Below, piece by piece: positions 34,787-38,246 of a DNA stretch of 38,246 nt. Position 1 is the first letter of the stretch; the number at the start of each line of letters is the position of its first letter. The notes beneath the pieces were generated by a model. That model was not told the origin of the DNA. It searched no databases and saw only the letters and a list, made by a program, of their open reading frames with translations. Where the stretch lies: positions 1 to 38,246 of the forward strand of contig CAZMDV010000001.1 of the NCBI GenBank assembly GCA_964564875.1, read 5' to 3'. This stretch comes from an uncultured Salinivenus sp. (GTDB lineage: Bacteria > Bacteroidota > Rhodothermia > Rhodothermales > Salinibacteraceae). Both the position numbers and the translations under genes were made by a program.

Positions 34787-35806
34787 ATGGTGTCTCCTCA
34801 GTCCGCCGCCCGCCGATTCACCACTGCCCAAGACACCACCGAGACCGCCCCCATCGGCGAGGGCGTCGACCGCTTCAGCAACGCGTTCAGTGAAGGACTC
34901 CGTCTCTTTCTGGACGGAAACTGGGAGGGATTGTACGATCATCTCACGTCGGGAGGGCTCTACCTCCTGGGCCTCTTCACCGAACGCGGGCTGCAGGCCC
35001 TGGCCGCGTTTCTACTGCTGTACGCCATTTACCGGGTGCTCTATTTGACCCTCGAGCAGGCCCTCGACCAAAGCGACAGCATCGAGCCGGGCCTCCAAAG
35101 CCTGCTGCTCAAGACCTTCCGGGTGGTGGCATTCTTCTTCATCGGGACCGTCGTTCTCGACCAACTCGGCGTCAACGTCGCGGTGCTCGTCGGAGGCCTC
35201 GGCATTGCGGGCATCGTGGCCGGATTTGCCGCGCGGGATTCCCTCGAGAATTTCATCGCGGGCGTCACGGTCCTCGTCGACAAGCCCTTTCTGGTGGGCG
35301 ATTACATCGAGATCGACGACCAGTACGGGCAGGTGGATGAGATCACACTCCGGTCGACCCGTCTCCGCACGGTTCGGAATCGGATCATGGTCCTTCCGAA
35401 CACAGAGATGATCACGCAGCGCGTAACGAACCACACGAAACGGAACGTGCTGCGACTCGACATTCCATTCGGGATCGCCTACAAAGAGCGTCCCGACGAG
35501 GCCCGAGAGGTTCTTCTCCCCATCGTCGAGGACGACGACCGGATCCTTTCGGAGCCGTCACCGGCAGCGGTGGTCACAGAGATGGACGATTCGAGCGTGA
35601 ACATGTCGCTCCGGTTTTACATCCGGGATCCGAGCCAGGAGGTGTCCATGCGCTGGGAATACACCGAAAAGGTGCGCGAGACGCTCCGCGAGGCCGACAT
35701 CGAGATTCCCTTCCCCCACCGCCAGCTCTTCCTCGACGGGGCCAAGGCCTTCGAGGGCACCGATCTCCTCGCTCCCACAAATGGCGACCACCCAGCAACC
35801 AACTGA
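34787..35806 (+). CDS. Small-conductance mechanosensitive channel (MscS family)
   Basis: TM helices followed by GLGIAGIVAGFAARDSLENFIAG...DKPFLVGDYI...G.V.EITLRST...PN and IEIPFPHR. Confidence 0.93.
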   Translation: MVSPQSAARRFTTAQDTTETAPIGEGVDRFSNAFSEGLRLFLDGNWEGLYDHLTSGGLYLLGLFTERGLQALAAFLLLYAIYRVLYLTLEQALDQSDSIEPGLQSLLLKTFRVVAFFFIGTVVLDQLGVNVAVLVGGLGIAGIVAGFAARDSLENFIAGVTVLVDKPFLVGDYIEIDDQYGQVDEITLRSTRLRTVRNRIMVLPNTEMITQRVTNHTKRNVLRLDIPFGIAYKERPDEAREVLLPIVEDDDRILSEPSPAAVVTEMDDSSVNMSLRFYIRDPSQEVSMRWEYTEKVRETLREADIEIPFPHRQLFLDGAKAFEGTDLLAPTNGDHPATN

Positions 35807-35820
35807 TTGAGCCTCTCGCC

Positions 35821-36240
35821 TCAGTCTCCCCGAACCGTCACGATGACGGTTCGCTCGCGCGGCTTCACATCGCATTCGAGGTGGAAAATCTGCTGCCACG
35901 TGCCGAGGATGGGGTCGCCGTCGCCCACCGGCACGGTGATCGACGGACTCAGCGTGGTGGCCTGGAGGTGCGAGTGGCCGTTGCCGTCGTGCCAGCGCTG
36001 CTCATGGGCGTACTCGCGTCCCGGCGGGAAAAGCTCGTCGAAGATCTCCGGCAGGTCTTGCTGGAGCCCCGGTTCAAACTCAATGGTCCCCACCGCACCG
36101 GTGCTGCCCACGTTGTGGACGTGGACAAGTCCCGCGTCGATGCCGGACTCGTGAACGATGGCCGTCACCCCATCGGTGAGGTTGTGCATATCCCGGTGCC
36201 CGTCGGTCGAGAGCTCAATGCGGTCCTGATGCGTGGCCAT
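35821..36240 (-). CDS. yjbQ: YjbQ/UPF0047 family protein (secondary thiamine-phosphate synthase)
   Basis: GST.A...E.EPGL..D, Y.H...W.DGNGHSHL and LGTWQQIF. Confidence 0.9.
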   Translation of the reverse strand: MATHQDRIELSTDGHRDMHNLTDGVTAIVHESGIDAGLVHVHNVGSTGAVGTIEFEPGLQQDLPEIFDELFPPGREYAHEQRWHDGNGHSHLQATTLSPSITVPVGDGDPILGTWQQIFHLECDVKPRERTVIVTVRGD

Positions 36241-36338
36241 TCGGTCTGAGAGGACGGCTGTTTAAGTTCGTGTGAACAGTACAGGACCTACCGGGGCGTG
36301 GAAAAGGTTCTGAGGATGGGGCGTTCGTGCGTCTAAGC

Positions 36339-36376
36339 GTGTGGGGTATGGGAGACAGACGCCCATACGCCCACAC
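36339..36376. repeat. Intergenic inverted repeat / hairpin built from GTRTGGG-type units
   Basis: GTGTGGGGTATGGG-AGACAGACG-CCCATACGCCCACAC forms a 14-bp stem with one bulge, between surE and yjbQ. Confidence 0.6.
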
Positions 36377-36439
36377 TCGAACCGTGAGAGGGGTCATCGA
36401 GCCGAAGAGAAACGCCGCGCTTCGACTGCGGAAGAAACC

Positions 36440-37243
36440 TCATTCGGACTCTTTTTTCACGGCCTCGTCCCAGTTCCAGTCCTGGAGCGAGTCGAGCGCA
36501 TCGTAGGCCGTCATGTCGTGCTGAACCGGGGTCACCGACACGTAGCCCCGGTCAATGGCCGACAGGTCCGTCTCGCGCCCGTCGTCGAGGTTCACGAAGG
36601 TCCCGGCCAGCCAGTAGTAGGGACGATCGTCGGGGTCGGTGCGCTTGTCGAAGCCTTCTTCCCACCGCGAGCGGGCCTGGCGGGTGAGGGCAATCCCCTT
36701 AATCTCTTCGTCCGACAGGGCGGGCACGTTCACGTTCAGCAGCACGCCACGGGGCAGGCCCCGATCGAGTGTCCACTCCACGACACGCCGGGCCCAGCGG
36801 CCCGCCGCTTCGAACTGCGGCTCGGACCAGTCGCACAGCGAGATCGCAACGGCGTCGAGGCCAAGAATGGAGGCCTCGGTGGCAGCGCTGACGGTGCCCG
36901 AGTACAGCACGTTCACGGCCGTGTTCGGCCCCTGATTGATGCCGCTGACGACCAGGTCCGGGGGCGCGTCGAGCAGTTCGTGGCAGGCGAGTTTAATGCT
37001 GTCGGCCGGGGTGCCGGTAACACCCCAAGCGGGAATGGGCCCCGACGGGACCTCGAACTCAATCGTGTGAGCCCGCACGGGGTCCCGCACGGTGACTGCG
37101 TGACCTACAGCGCTCTGCTCGGTAGTGGGAGCCACTACGAAAAGCTCGCCCAGCCCATCGAGCGCCGCCGCCAGGGATTGAATACCGGGGGCGTGGATGC
37201 CGTCGTCGTTGCAGAGAAGGATACGGGGGTTGTGGTCCGGCAT
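36440..37243 (-). CDS. surE: 5'/3'-nucleotidase SurE
   Basis: [36 protein letters not shown]...YSGTV.AA and LLNVNVP. Confidence 0.96.
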   Translation of the reverse strand: MPDHNPRILLCNDDGIHAPGIQSLAAALDGLGELFVVAPTTEQSAVGHAVTVRDPVRAHTIEFEVPSGPIPAWGVTGTPADSIKLACHELLDAPPDLVVSGINQGPNTAVNVLYSGTVSAATEASILGLDAVAISLCDWSEPQFEAAGRWARRVVEWTLDRGLPRGVLLNVNVPALSDEEIKGIALTRQARSRWEEGFDKRTDPDDRPYYWLAGTFVNLDDGRETDLSAIDRGYVSVTPVQHDMTAYDALDSLQDWNWDEAVKKESE

Positions 37244-37335
37244 GGGTCACTCGTGGAGCCCGATTGATCTTGAGAGATGGAACGTCGGAGCGGCGTTGGA
37301 GACGCCTCCGTCAGAAGCTGATTGAGAGGAACGGT

Positions 37336-38169
37336 TCAGTAACTCTCCTCTTCCGTGGGGAATGAACGGTCTCGCACGTCCGACACGTACTCGTCGATCG
37401 CCTCGGTGATCGTCTCGTCGAGCCGGGCGTACCGGCGAACGAAGCGGGGATTGAAGTCGGTCGACAAACCCAGGGCGTCGTGGGACACGAGGACCTGTCC
37501 GTCCGTGCTGTCACCCGCCCCAATTCCAATCGTGGGAATCGAGAGGGCCTCCGTGACCTCCTCGGCCAGATCAGCCGGGATTTTTTCGAGCACGAGAGCA
37601 AAGCATCCAGCCTCCTCCAGCCGCTTCGCATCCGCACGCAGTTGATCGGCCTCTTCCTGATCGCGGGCCCGCACCTGATAGGTGCCGTACTCATAAATGC
37701 TCTGTGGCGTGAGGCCTAGATGGCCCATCACAGGAATCCCCGCCGTTACCATTCGGTCCACGCTCTCCGTCACTGGGGCGCCCCCCTCCAGCTTCACCGC
37801 GTGGGCCCCTGCCTCCTTCATGACCCGAATGGCCGAGTTGAGCGCTTCCTTCGAGTCGCCCTGAAAGGAACCGAACGGGAGATCGACGACCACCAGCGCC
37901 CGATCGATGCCCCGCACCACGCACTGCGCGTGGTAGATCATCTGATCGAGGGTCACCGGGAGGGTCGTCTCGTTGCCCGCGATCACGTTCGCGGCCGAGT
38001 CGCCGACCAGCAAGATGTCCACGCCAGCCCGGTCGAAAAGCCGAGCCGAGGTGTAGTCGTACGCGGTCAGGGCGGCGATGGGGACCCCGGCGTCTTTCAT
38101 TTCCTGAACGGTTTTCGTCGTCACGCGCGACACGTCCGCAACGTCCGGGGGGGAGGAGTCGGCACCCAT
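37336..38169 (-). CDS. panB: 3-methyl-2-oxobutanoate hydroxymethyltransferase
   Basis: [35 protein letters not shown] and [17 protein letters not shown]. Confidence 0.97.
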   Translation of the reverse strand: MGADSSPPDVADVSRVTTKTVQEMKDAGVPIAALTAYDYTSARLFDRAGVDILLVGDSAANVIAGNETTLPVTLDQMIYHAQCVVRGIDRALVVVDLPFGSFQGDSKEALNSAIRVMKEAGAHAVKLEGGAPVTESVDRMVTAGIPVMGHLGLTPQSIYEYGTYQVRARDQEEADQLRADAKRLEEAGCFALVLEKIPADLAEEVTEALSIPTIGIGAGDSTDGQVLVSHDALGLSTDFNPRFVRRYARLDETITEAIDEYVSDVRDRSFPTEEESY

Positions 38170-38246
38170 CAGTTCACAGGAATCAACAAGAGTGAAGGGG
38201 TCGGGGATGCCTCTCGAAGCCCCCGAGAAGCTTCCTCGGAGAGGGA

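Noticed and set aside
32152-34942. Long ORFs 32152..33639 (+) and 33674..34942 (-)
   Set aside because: Shadows of asd/GNAT and folD. They show no recognisable protein features.

Overview
High-GC window with a strongly acidic proteome. The gene content (T9SS C-terminal sorting domain, DUF2851, DUF4175, a TPR + outer-membrane barrel pair) suggests Salinibacter or a close Rhodothermaeota relative; this is inferred, not verified. About 25 credible CDS and 2 tRNAs are present. In order: a small tail-anchored protein; a large TPR protein plus a TonB-receptor-like barrel; a possibly accessory + strand block at about 5.7-12.1 kb (stand-alone SdhA/NadB-family flavoprotein, membrane protein, divergent MoxR/CoxD-like AAA+ ATPase with a long unexplained C-terminal extension, a vWA/MIDAS partner with a large acidic disordered N-terminus, and a small PVRFDHC protein); addA/addB-type helicase-nuclease genes; a thermonuclease; a T9SS-secreted GH31; DUF2851; an ABM-family protein; a lipoprotein; DUF4175; a DCC oxidoreductase; tRNA-fMet and tRNA-Gly, each with a terminator; GNAT; asd; folD; MscS; YjbQ; surE; panB. 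The best candidate for an undescribed system is the MoxR-vWA(-small protein) module. I saw no CRISPR array, transposase or integrase. All family calls come from motif recognition by eye, not from database searches.
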